Origin: Candidatus Latescibacterota bacterium
Lineage (GTDB): Bacteria; Latescibacterota; UBA2968
DNA: 64,000 nt
Reading direction: 5' to 3'
NCBI GenBank assembly: GCA_038279365.1
Contig: JAYODI010000004.1
Location: 1 to 64,000, forward strand
Shown here: positions 1-8,728 of the stretch, one piece after another
How the letters are laid out: every line of letters begins with the position of its first letter
How positions within the stretch are numbered: the first letter of the stretch is position 1
The notes under the pieces: generated by a model
What the model saw: the letters and a program-made list of their open reading frames with translations, nothing else
What the model was told of the DNA's origin: nothing
The model's database searches: none
Made by a program: the position numbers and the translations under genes

Positions 1-59
1 TGATATGTGAGCGATTAATCAATCATTGGGCTGGTAGTTAGCGTATAAGGAGGTAACTA

Positions 60-1094
60 ATGGACAAGGTGTTGGCACCTGTGGGTTTTGAGTCTTTACG
101 CGATCAAATTGTTCACGTGCTTCAAGCAGGCAAAGAACGAGCCCAACGTGCTGTGGAAGAAGAGACTTTGCGCACGTATCACGAAATTGGCTGTTTGTTA
201 AATGATTATGTTTTAGATAATAAAGAGCGGGCCGATTACGGCGCACAAACAATCACACGGTTGGCCGAAGAAGTGGGAATGAGCCAAACGTTGTTGTATC
301 AAACGGTGGCTTTTTATCGTTTGGAGCCTATTTTACACACGCGTGTAAAATTAAGTTGGTCTCATTATCGGATTTTATTACGCGCACCGTCTTTGGAGGC
401 ACAAAAGTATTATCGAACGGGTGTGGAGACACACGGTTGGAGTGTGCGAGACTTGGAAGCGCAGATTAAAGCGGGGGCGTTTGAAAGCGACGACGCGGAA
501 TTGGCGCGTGTTGGAAGCACAGAAAAACGACGCACGTTACAGCCTTTGCGCGGACAGATTTATTCGTATCGGTTGGCACAGATTGCGGGTGCACCAGCCT
601 TGCGGATTGACGTGGGATTTGGGATTTATTTGGACGTGGCGTTGGCGGGATTAACGAACGTGAGTGCTGGGCAATTGGTGGTGTCTAATAAGAGGCGTGG
701 GAAATACACGTTTGAAACGGTTTCAGGGCGAAAAATGGCGTATTACTCGTACCGCGCACGGGTGTTGTCGGTGATTGACGGCGACACGTTGTGGTTGGAC
801 ATTGATTGTGGATTTGGCGTGTGGACGAAACAAAAGGTGCGGTTGCGAGGGATTGACGCGCCAGAATTGTCTACGGCTGAAGGCGTGCGCTCACGAGACT
901 TTGTGGTGCAGGCGTTGAAAGGCGTGGCCTTTGTGGGGGTGACAACGACGAAGCCGGATAAATATGATCGGTATTTGGCGGACGTGTTTTATTTGGTGGG
1001 TGAGGACGACGGGCAGACGGTGTTTGGTGAGGGTGTGTATTTGAACAAGGCGTTGTACGAAGCGGGGTTGGCGGATTGGTTTGTTGAGGAATAG
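60..1094 (+). CDS. DUF1016 (YhcG) N-terminal domain fused to a C-terminal thermonuclease (SNase-like) domain
   Basis: N-terminal 'YHEIG..ERADYG..LSWSHYRILL..WSVRDLEAQI' is typical of DUF1016_N. C-terminal 'VIDGDT..VRLRGIDAPE..DKYDRYLA..LN..L...GLA' are SNase motifs. RBS AAGGAGG upstream. Confidence 0.8.
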   Translation: MDKVLAPVGFESLRDQIVHVLQAGKERAQRAVEEETLRTYHEIGCLLNDYVLDNKERADYGAQTITRLAEEVGMSQTLLYQTVAFYRLEPILHTRVKLSWSHYRILLRAPSLEAQKYYRTGVETHGWSVRDLEAQIKAGAFESDDAELARVGSTEKRRTLQPLRGQIYSYRLAQIAGAPALRIDVGFGIYLDVALAGLTNVSAGQLVVSNKRRGKYTFETVSGRKMAYYSYRARVLSVIDGDTLWLDIDCGFGVWTKQKVRLRGIDAPELSTAEGVRSRDFVVQALKGVAFVGVTTTKPDKYDRYLADVFYLVGEDDGQTVFGEGVYLNKALYEAGLADWFVEE

Positions 1095-1230
1095 GGCGTG
1101 TGAGGCGGATTGGGTTGGGATTTTGCAGGGCGGTAATCTTGGGCACCCTGCGCTTGGGGTTGGCACGGTGGGTACCCGAAGCAGGGCGTGTGGATTTGTT
1201 GCGAGACGATATTTTAAAGCAATTGTAAAT

Positions 1231-1267
1231 AAAAAAAACCGCGCATCTATAAAGACGCGCGGTTTTT
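1231..1267. terminator. Bidirectional intrinsic terminator between the convergent nuclease gene and tRNA-Asn
   Basis: AAAAAAAACCGCGC...GCGCGGTTTTT inverted repeat with A and T tracts on either side. Confidence 0.75.
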
Positions 1268-1292
1268 CATTTTATTGGAACTGCGTATAATC

Positions 1293-1368
1293 TGGCTCCG
1301 TCGGTAGGACTCGAACCTACGACCCAGTGGTTAACAGCCACTTGCTCTGCCAGCTGAGCTACGACGGA
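1293..1368 (-). tRNA. tRNA-Asn(GTT)
   Basis: Reverse complement folds as a cloverleaf: TCCGTCG acceptor, AGTGG-CT-GTT-AA-CCACT anticodon arm, GTTCGAG T-loop, encoded CCA. Confidence 0.97.
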
Positions 1369-1391
1369 ACGTCTAAATCCGGTAGGCAAAG

Positions 1392-1420
1392 AATTTACAA
1401 GAAGTGACATGTTGTGTCAA
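1392..1420 (-). promoter_or_regulatory. Putative sigma70 promoter of tRNA-Asn
   Basis: TTGACA-17 bp-TAAATT on the minus strand just upstream of the tRNA. Confidence 0.5.
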
Positions 1421-1547
1421 GCGTAAATTTGGAAAGCGTTGAAAGTTATGGTGTTAGATTGGGAGGAGAGCATTTGGACGGGGTTTGAAGATTTGGGGGA
1501 TCAAGAGGTAACTTTTTAAGAGACAATGTATTAAGGTTGTATTCTGC

Positions 1548-1576
1548 TTGACAAAAAGAGTTGGAGCGTCTATGTT
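1548..1576 (+). promoter_or_regulatory. Putative sigma70 promoter of the GDPD gene
   Basis: TTGACA-17 bp-TATGTT. Confidence 0.55.
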
Positions 1577-1604
1577 CTTCGCGATTTAATAACCCTCTGA
1601 TAGG

Positions 1605-2432
1605 ATGATTATTATGAATGTGAAACGACAAATTCGCAATCCATTTGGGCGGCGACGTGCGACTTTTGGAGGTGTTTTGCGTCCTCCTGTTATGCGTATT
1701 GCACACCGAGGTGCGTCTGGACAGGGTTTGGCGCCCGAAAATACATTGGCTGCTTTGGAAATGGCGATTGAGATTGGTGTGGATTTGGTGGAAATAGATA
1801 TTCACTTAACGGCAGATGGTCACCCAGTGGTGATTCACGACCGCAGTGTGGATCGCACCACCAACGGCACGGGGTTTATTGACACAATGACCTTGTCTCA
1901 AGTGCGCCAATTGGATGCGGGCAGTTGGTTTGATCGCTCGTATTATAATGAAAAAATCCCCACCTTAGAAGAGGTGTTGGATTTGTGCCGAAACAGAGTG
2001 CCGGTGTTGATAGAGGCCAAAACGGTTGAATCGGCAGAAGCCGCGGCGGTATTGATACGGTCTTTGCGGGCGCAATCGCACGTGGTGGTGCAATCTTTTC
2101 ACGGGGCGGGTGTGCGGGCGGTGAATCGGTTGGACAGGCGCATTCCAACGGCATTTTTGATGAGTGGTGGCGAGGCCGTATTGCGGCGCAAAACAGGTGT
2201 GGTGCGAAGGGTTTTGAAATTGGGTGCCAATGCATTGGCCTTAAAGTATAAGGCTGCAAGCCCCGAATTGGTGGCGATGTTTTGGGCGCGTGCGCTGGGA
2301 TTTTGGGTGTGGACGGTAGTTGAAGAAGAAGAGATGCGGGCAATGATTGCTATGGGGGTGGGGGGGATTATTACCAATTACCCAGATCGGCTGAACAAGG
2401 TTTTGTCTGAACCGCTTGGTGAAAACGTTTGA
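1605..2432 (+). CDS. Glycerophosphodiester phosphodiesterase family protein (start uncertain)
   Basis: IAHRGAS, APENT, VEIDIH, VIHD, IPTLEEVL, WTV and IITNYP motifs. Confidence 0.92.
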   Translation: MIIMNVKRQIRNPFGRRRATFGGVLRPPVMRIAHRGASGQGLAPENTLAALEMAIEIGVDLVEIDIHLTADGHPVVIHDRSVDRTTNGTGFIDTMTLSQVRQLDAGSWFDRSYYNEKIPTLEEVLDLCRNRVPVLIEAKTVESAEAAAVLIRSLRAQSHVVVQSFHGAGVRAVNRLDRRIPTAFLMSGGEAVLRRKTGVVRRVLKLGANALALKYKAASPELVAMFWARALGFWVWTVVEEEEMRAMIAMGVGGIITNYPDRLNKVLSEPLGENV

Positions 2433-2489
2433 GCGAAGAAAGATGATAGGGAAACGGAAGACTCATCCCTATAACAAGTGGATTGTAAA

Positions 2490-3209
2490 ATGGATGAAGA
2501 ATTAATCAAAAAAATAGTGGCCGAGGTGGTGCGCAGGCTCAAGGCGTTGGAAGGGGTCGCATTAGACGCTGTGCAAGACCCGCCTGTCAATTTGGTCACC
2601 GAAGATGTGGTGCGACAGGTGGTGGCCAAAGGTGGGGACACGGTATATGTGACACCCAAAGCCATTGTGACCCCGCTTGCGCGGGATTTGGTGCGGCATC
2701 AAAAGGTGCGTTTGGTGGTGGTGGCCGATGAAGACGCGGTTGAGTTGGCTGAAAATCCAAAATCATTTGCCATTGCCATTGGGGCCGATCACCGAGGGTT
2801 TGCACTCAAAGAAAAAATGAAAGCGTGGTTGCAAAGCATTGGGCGCGAGGTGATGGATTGTGGCGCACACAGCCCACAAGAAGGATCTTTTGTGTCGGTG
2901 GCTCAACGCGTGGCCGAGTGTGTGGTGGCCGAAAACTTATTTGCTGGCATTGTGATCGACGGTGGGGGCAGTTCTTCGGCCATTGTGGTCAACAAAGTGG
3001 CGGGCATTCGCGGGGTGGCGTGTCACGACGTGACGTCGGCCAAATATGCACGGGCTCACATAGATGCCAATGTGCTGTGTTTGGGTGTGGGTGTGGTGGG
3101 CGATACGGTGGCACAAGAGATTGTGGCCACGTGGTTGAGCACGCCCTTTGAGGGTGGGCGGTTTGCAACGCTGGTTCGGGAAATTGGTGAAATGGAACAC
3201 AAGGCGTGA
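2490..3209 (+). CDS. RpiB/LacA/LacB family sugar-phosphate isomerase-like protein with a long N-terminal extension
   Basis: IAIGADHRGFALK, NKVAGIR, DANVLCLG and FEGGR motifs. About 90 extra N-terminal residues begin MDEELIKKIVAEVVRRL. Confidence 0.85.
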   Translation: MDEELIKKIVAEVVRRLKALEGVALDAVQDPPVNLVTEDVVRQVVAKGGDTVYVTPKAIVTPLARDLVRHQKVRLVVVADEDAVELAENPKSFAIAIGADHRGFALKEKMKAWLQSIGREVMDCGAHSPQEGSFVSVAQRVAECVVAENLFAGIVIDGGGSSSAIVVNKVAGIRGVACHDVTSAKYARAHIDANVLCLGVGVVGDTVAQEIVATWLSTPFEGGRFATLVREIGEMEHKA

Positions 3210-3281
3210 TTTGAACGCGTGGGGCTTTTGGCCGAAGGCTGACGGCAAAAAATACGTGGACAAATGCGTGGCAAAGAGTTG

Positions 3282-3310
3282 TTGACTCGATATGGGTAAA
3301 ACCGTATATT
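3282..3310 (+). promoter_or_regulatory. Putative sigma70 promoter upstream of tadA
   Basis: TTGACT-17 bp-TATATT. Confidence 0.55.
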
Positions 3311-3345
3311 TCTCCCCTCAAATGGGATGTAATTTCTCATAATAG

Positions 3346-3846
<501 letters not shown>

Positions 3847-3854
3847 GATATTTC

Positions 3855-3945
<91 letters not shown>

Positions 3946-4080
3946 GTAAGATAAGTAAAAGGCAAAATTACTCACGTTGTAGGTTGTTGCGCCTGTAAAA
4001 AATTAAAAATGATGGGCCGCCGATGATGGCATCGGTTTCATTTCTTAATTGAACGTTTTTAATTTTGCATTGTTTTTTGT

Positions 4081-4171
<91 letters not shown>

Positions 4172-4194
4172 ATTTTTGCCATTTTTGAGGTTCT

Positions 4195-4566
4195 ATGCCC
4201 CATCCTATTCGCATTTTTGTGGGTGACGTGGAATTGGACGCCGAGTTAAACGATTCGGAAACGGCGGCGCAGATTTTGGATGTGTTGCCACTGGATTGTT
4301 CGTTTAACACGTGGGGGGATGAGATTTATTTTTCGATTCCCGTGGCGGCTGGGCCTGAAGATGCGCAAGCAACAGTGGCGCTCAACGACCTTGGATATTG
4401 GCCTCCGGGCAATGCGTTTTGTATTTTTTATGGTCAAACGCCAGCCAGTGAGGGCGATGAGATTCGGCCCGCCAGCCCCGTGAACATTATTGGGCGCGTG
4501 TTGGGCGATGCCACAGTGTTAAAAGAGGCCACACACGCATCGCATATTGTGGTAGAGAAAGTTTAA
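4195..4566 (+). CDS. Cyclophilin-like fold protein (DUF369/TM1367-like)
   Basis: NTWGDEIYF, LGYWPPGNAFCIFYG.TP and IRPASPVNIIG motifs. Confidence 0.85.
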   Translation: MPHPIRIFVGDVELDAELNDSETAAQILDVLPLDCSFNTWGDEIYFSIPVAAGPEDAQATVALNDLGYWPPGNAFCIFYGQTPASEGDEIRPASPVNIIGRVLGDATVLKEATHASHIVVEKV

Positions 4567-4582
4567 ATCACGCAAGTGGTTT

Positions 4583-4658
4583 GGGGCCGTAGCTCAGTTG
4601 GGAGAGCGCCAGAATCGCACTCTGGAGGTCGTCGGTTCGATCCCGATCGGCTCCACCA
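4583..4658 (+). tRNA. tRNA-Ala(CGC)
   Basis: GGGGCCG acceptor with G3:U70, CCAGA-AT-CGC-AC-TCTGG anticodon arm, CCA. Confidence 0.96.
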
Positions 4659-4748
4659 AGTATGAAGGGGCACAGATTTTAAGATCAAAACCCACTTTTG
4701 GAACAGGTGGAGGTTGATTTTGTGATCTGACTCCTGATTTGTTTTTTA

Positions 4749-5021
4749 GGTCGTGCTAGATGGGGCGGTAGCGGTGCCCTGTACCCGCAATCCGCTATAG
4801 CGGGGTCGAATTCCACGTCTGAGGACCGTCTGTTTTGGTGTGTGGCCAAGGAGTATGAGGCGTTGATCGCCAGGTCCTACGCAATGAGTCTTTGCTGAAC
4901 CCCGTCAGGACCGGAAGGTAGCAGCGGCAGGCAACTCGACTTGTGTGCCGTAGGGTCACCTGGCAGGAGCAATCGCTCGTTGGACGCCCCGGGGCAGTGG
5001 CTCGAAGCGCGGTGCACGGCC
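4749..5021 (+). ncRNA. ffs: Signal recognition particle RNA, long bacterial type with Alu domain
   Basis: The 5' GGTCGTGC pairs with the 3' GCACGGCC. Alu-type GGGGCGGTAGCGGTGCCCTGTACCCGCAATCCGCTA and helix-8 motif TCAGGACCGGAAGGTAGCAGC (4905-4925) are present. A poly-T follows, and the position between tadA and dnaX matches Bacillus scr. Confidence 0.93.
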
Positions 5022-5117
5022 TTTTTTTTTATATTATATCAAACACATCTGCAAAATCCTTCCTATATTTAATCCATCACGTATTGCCTTTGCAAATTCC
5101 AACCCATTGAGGTTTGT

Positions 5118-6899
5118 ATGTCGTATGTTGTGATGGCACGCAAACGACGCCCCAAGGCTTTTGAACGTGTTGTGGGACAAGATCACATTACCACAACATT
5201 GCAAAACGCCATTCGCCAAGAACGGGTGGCACAAGCCTATTTGTTTTCTGGGCCCCGTGGTACGGGCAAAACCACCTCGGCGCGTCTTTTGGCCACGGCT
5301 TTAAACTGCGAAAATGGCCCCACACCCGAACCGTGTGGCGAATGTGTCTCTTGCAAGGCCATTCAGCAGGGCAAAAGTATGGATGTATTGGAGATCGATG
5401 GGGCCTCCAACCGTGGGATTGATGAGATCAGACAATTGCGCGAAGAAGTGGGGTATGCGGCTTCGAAGGGCAAGCGCAAGGTTTATATTATTGATGAAGT
5501 TCACATGTTAACGACGGAAGCGTTTAATGCATTGCTCAAAACGCTTGAAGAGCCGCCTCCTCATGTGGTTTTTGTGTTTGCAACAACAGAAGTACACAAA
5601 GTACCCGAAACAATATTGTCGCGCTGTCAGCGTTACACGTTTCGGCGCATTCCTGCAGAAGCCATTGTTGAAGAACTTAAAAGGGCTGTTGCCGATGAGG
5701 GCGTTAAAGCCGAAGAAGCTGCCCTTTATCAAATTGGTCGCAAAGCAGATGGTGGGATGCGAGACGCGCTTAGTTTGCTCGATCAGGTGATGGCGTTTTC
5801 CGATTCGGGGGTGACTGCAGAAGCGGTTCAAGATCTGTTGGGCATTATCCCACGGGATCTGTTTTTTGAACTGACACAGGCGATTCAAGAGCAAGCAAGT
5901 GCCGATGCATTGGGCGTGATCGAACGGTTGGTGCAAGAAGGGGGCGATGTTGGCGAATTTGTCGAAGGACTGATGGAACACTTTCGGCATTTGTTGGTGG
6001 CCCGTGCTATGGGTGAGTTGGCAGATGACGATTTGCCTGCCAGTGATCGCGAGCGGTATGCTGAGGTGGCCAAGGGCTTTGATGAAACCGACTTGGTGCG
6101 TATGTTGAATGCGGTGGCTGAGTTGGAAACGCGCATTGGGCGTGTGGCAGAACCCCGATTTTGGTTGGAGTTGACGGTGATGAAGTTGGTCAAAATGACG
6201 GCCAGTGTCGATTTGGCCCTGCTTTTGACCAAGCTTGAAAAATTGGGACAAGGTGGGGGAGGGATCGAAGGTGCGCCAGCATCTCGTAATTTGCCCAGAA
6301 GGCCTCAAAAAACACCTGAAAAAATAGCCCAGCAACCCGTGCAAGAAGCCCCACGAAAATCAACAGGCCCACCCATACAAACGCCCCCCCCCGAATTGAT
6401 TCGTTCCAGCGAGCGGCAACCCTCGGGGCCACCGATGATAGAAGAACCGCCTCCGCACACCGAAGAACGACCACGTCGCGAGTCTGTTGCGCAAGAACCC
6501 GAACCCACGCCAGAGTTGGAAACCACACCGATAAGGCGCGAATCCCCTTCTTTTGATGTGGTGAAGGAGCGATGGGCCAAGTTTGTGCAGGAGGTAAAGG
6601 GGCGTAAGATTTCGGTGGGCACATTTATTTCTGAAGGCTATCCCAAGTCGATGTTGGATGAGCAATTGGTGATTGGTTTTAAGAAAAACAAAGAATTTCA
6701 TGCCAATCAGGTGCGTCGCAACAGAGGTTTGGTGGAAGAAGTGGCGGCTTTAATTTTTGGGGGTGTGGTGCGCATTGGGTGTGAAGTCGATTACGATATG
6801 CCATCCGGCGAGGATGGATCGGAGGCAGACCCGCGCGCTGAAGATGATGAGCGGGTTCAGATGGTGTTGCAGGTGTTTGGTGGTGAGGTGGTAAGATAG
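5118..6899 (+). CDS. dnaX: DNA polymerase III subunit gamma/tau
   Basis: GPRGTGKT, PCGECVSC, EIDGASNRG, IDEVHML, NALLKTLEEPP and SRCQ motifs; Pro-rich linker. Confidence 0.97.
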   Translation: MSYVVMARKRRPKAFERVVGQDHITTTLQNAIRQERVAQAYLFSGPRGTGKTTSARLLATALNCENGPTPEPCGECVSCKAIQQGKSMDVLEIDGASNRGIDEIRQLREEVGYAASKGKRKVYIIDEVHMLTTEAFNALLKTLEEPPPHVVFVFATTEVHKVPETILSRCQRYTFRRIPAEAIVEELKRAVADEGVKAEEAALYQIGRKADGGMRDALSLLDQVMAFSDSGVTAEAVQDLLGIIPRDLFFELTQAIQEQASADALGVIERLVQEGGDVGEFVEGLMEHFRHLLVARAMGELADDDLPASDRERYAEVAKGFDETDLVRMLNAVAELETRIGRVAEPRFWLELTVMKLVKMTASVDLALLLTKLEKLGQGGGGIEGAPASRNLPRRPQKTPEKIAQQPVQEAPRKSTGPPIQTPPPELIRSSERQPSGPPMIEEPPPHTEERPRRESVAQEPEPTPELETTPIRRESPSFDVVKERWAKFVQEVKGRKISVGTFISEGYPKSMLDEQLVIGFKKNKEFHANQVRRNRGLVEEVAALIFGGVVRIGCEVDYDMPSGEDGSEADPRAEDDERVQMVLQVFGGEVVR

Positions 6900-7044
6900 A
6901 AGGGCGAATAGACGGATAGACGAAGCCTACAACGCGCGTAGCGAATAATCGATGAATAGGTTTTGACGGGTCGTTTTGTTAATTCGCTGATTCGAAGTTT
7001 CGATGGCTCATTAGACTTTAAATTGACTTTGATAGGAGTTATAT

Positions 7045-7374
7045 ATGGCAAAAGGTATGGGAGCAATGATGAAGCAAGCCCAAAAATTGCAGGCCAAGTT
7101 GGCCAAAGTGCAAGAAGAATTGGGTGACAAGCAAGTAGAGGGAACGGCAGGTGGGGGGATGGTGGTGGTGGTGGCCAATGGGCATCAGGATGTGCTTTCG
7201 GTAAAGATTAACCCCGAAGTGGTTGACCCAGAAGATGTTGAAATGCTTGAAGATTTGATATTGGCAGCCATTCAGCAGGCGCGGGAAAATGCGTCTGTTA
7301 TGGCCGAGGCCGAAATGCAAAAGGCCACAGAAGGTCTGATTCCGCCAGGGATGAACATTCCAGGATTGATTTAA
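7045..7374 (+). CDS. ybaB: YbaB/EbfC nucleoid-associated protein
   Basis: [17 protein letters not shown] and [10 protein letters not shown] motifs; lies between dnaX and recR. Confidence 0.95.
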   Translation: MAKGMGAMMKQAQKLQAKLAKVQEELGDKQVEGTAGGGMVVVVANGHQDVLSVKINPEVVDPEDVEMLEDLILAAIQQARENASVMAEAEMQKATEGLIPPGMNIPGLI

Positions 7375-7386
7375 GGGGTATAAGGT

Positions 7387-7980
7387 ATGGCTACCGAAGC
7401 CATTAATCGTTTGGTGACAGCATTAAATCGTTTGCCCGGTGTGGGTGCAAAATCGGCACGTCGTATTGCCTTGGATATGTTGACTTGGGACACGGATGCC
7501 GTGCGAGAGTTGGCCGATGTGATGGTCGATGTGAAATCGCGTGTGAAGCGGTGCTCGGTTTGTTTTAATTTGACCGAAGGCGATCCTTGCGAAGTGTGTA
7601 CCAGCCCACGTCGTGATGCCACGCAAGTGATGGTGGTCGATTATGTGGGCGATTTGTTGGCCGTGGAGCGCACGGGTTTGTATCGGGGGCATTATCACGT
7701 TTTGGATGGTCGTATTTCGCCATTGGATGGCATTTCGGCAGAAGATTTGAACATCCAAGAATTGCTCAATCGGGTGCGCCAAGGTGTTATTCAAGAGGTC
7801 ATATTGGCCAATGGCCCCACTGTTGAAGGGGATGCAACGGCGCAATATTTGGCACAATGTTTGGTACCGCTTAAGGTAAAAACAACACAGGTTGCCCGAG
7901 GCTTGCCGGTGGGCAGTGATTTGGCTTTGGCCGATCAGGTGACTTTGTCGCGGGCTTTAGAAGGCCGCAGGGAGTATTAG
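7387..7980 (+). CDS. recR: Recombination mediator RecR
   Basis: LPGVGAKSA HhH, C4 zinc finger, YHVL.G.ISP, TVEGDATA and ARGLPVG motifs. Confidence 0.97.
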   Translation: MATEAINRLVTALNRLPGVGAKSARRIALDMLTWDTDAVRELADVMVDVKSRVKRCSVCFNLTEGDPCEVCTSPRRDATQVMVVDYVGDLLAVERTGLYRGHYHVLDGRISPLDGISAEDLNIQELLNRVRQGVIQEVILANGPTVEGDATAQYLAQCLVPLKVKTTQVARGLPVGSDLALADQVTLSRALEGRREY

Positions 7981-7983
7981 GCG

Positions 7984-8625
7984 ATGTCGCGTGTGAATGC
8001 ATTGGAATCGAATCCTGTGGGGGATCCCAAAATGGAGATGGCCAATCGTTTTTGGACCACACCCAATGTGTTGACGGTGTTGCGCATTGTTTTAACCCCT
8101 GTCTTTTTGTTGCTTATTTTTGCCGACAGTTGGTATTACAAAATGTCGGCGTTGTTGGTTTTTACATTGGCATCGTTGACCGATTTTTACGATGGGCGCA
8201 TAGCACGTCGCGATGGCACCATTACCAGCTTTGGGCGGTTTATGGATCCATTGGCCGACAAGTTGTTGGTGTCGTCGGCTTTGATTGCTTTTGTGATGTT
8301 GGGGATGGTGGAGGCTTGGTTAATTGGTGCAATGTTGGTGCGTGATGTGGTTATTACGGGGTTGCGTATTTATGCCGTGCAACGAGGCAAAGCCGTGGTA
8401 ACATCGCGGTTGGCCAAATGGAAAACGATGTTGCAGTTGGTGTTGATTTTTGGGTTGTTGGTCTTTCTGAATATTCGCATTGTTTCGGTAGAATTTTCGA
8501 GTCAATCTGCGCCTCTGTTTGGCGATATGGCTTATTGGGTCATGAATGGATTGGTGGGGGTGGTGACGCTCTTGGCTGTTGTTTCGGGCGTGCGTTATTT
8601 GATTGAGAATCGCAAGAGTTTTTAA
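7984..8625 (+). CDS. pgsA: CDP-diacylglycerol--glycerol-3-phosphate 3-phosphatidyltransferase (start may be 8032 or 8038)
   Basis: PNVLT..RI, TDFYDG.IAR, FG.FMDPLADKLLV and KWKT motifs. Confidence 0.92.
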   Translation: MSRVNALESNPVGDPKMEMANRFWTTPNVLTVLRIVLTPVFLLLIFADSWYYKMSALLVFTLASLTDFYDGRIARRDGTITSFGRFMDPLADKLLVSSALIAFVMLGMVEAWLIGAMLVRDVVITGLRIYAVQRGKAVVTSRLAKWKTMLQLVLIFGLLVFLNIRIVSVEFSSQSAPLFGDMAYWVMNGLVGVVTLLAVVSGVRYLIENRKSF

Positions 8626-8629
8626 GGCA

Positions 8630-8717
8630 GGCAAACGGCAAATGTGAAACGGCAAATGGGGGCATCACTTCTGTTTGTGAATTTGCCTCGTTTGCCATTT
8701 GTCTTTTGTCGTTTCAC
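8630..8717. repeat. Intergenic heptamer tandem repeats in inverted arrangement
   Basis: GGCAAAC GGCAAAT GTGAAAC GGCAAAT ... ATTTGCC(TC)GTTTGCC ATTTGTC TTTTGTC GTTTCAC. Confidence 0.7.
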
Positions 8718-8728
8718 GAGGTTATGAT

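Noticed and set aside
1605..1700. Arg-rich N-terminus of the GDPD as a Tat signal
   Set aside because: It does not fit RRxF and has no hydrophobic h-region; the start codon may also be further downstream.
4669..4736. Imperfect hairpin between tRNA-Ala and the SRP RNA as a separate ncRNA
   Set aside because: It has many mismatches and no recognisable family; it is more likely a spacer or processing structure.
5508..6344. Long antisense ORF inside dnaX, and similar antisense or alternate-frame ORFs across the window
   Set aside because: They fully overlap well-supported genes and show no recognisable motifs.
6300..6395. Programmed frameshift in dnaX (A-runs near 6307-6324 and a C9 run at 6384-6392) producing a gamma subunit
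   Set aside because: There is no in-frame A AAA AAG slippery heptamer and no long A tract. The runs simply encode the Lys/Pro-rich linker.
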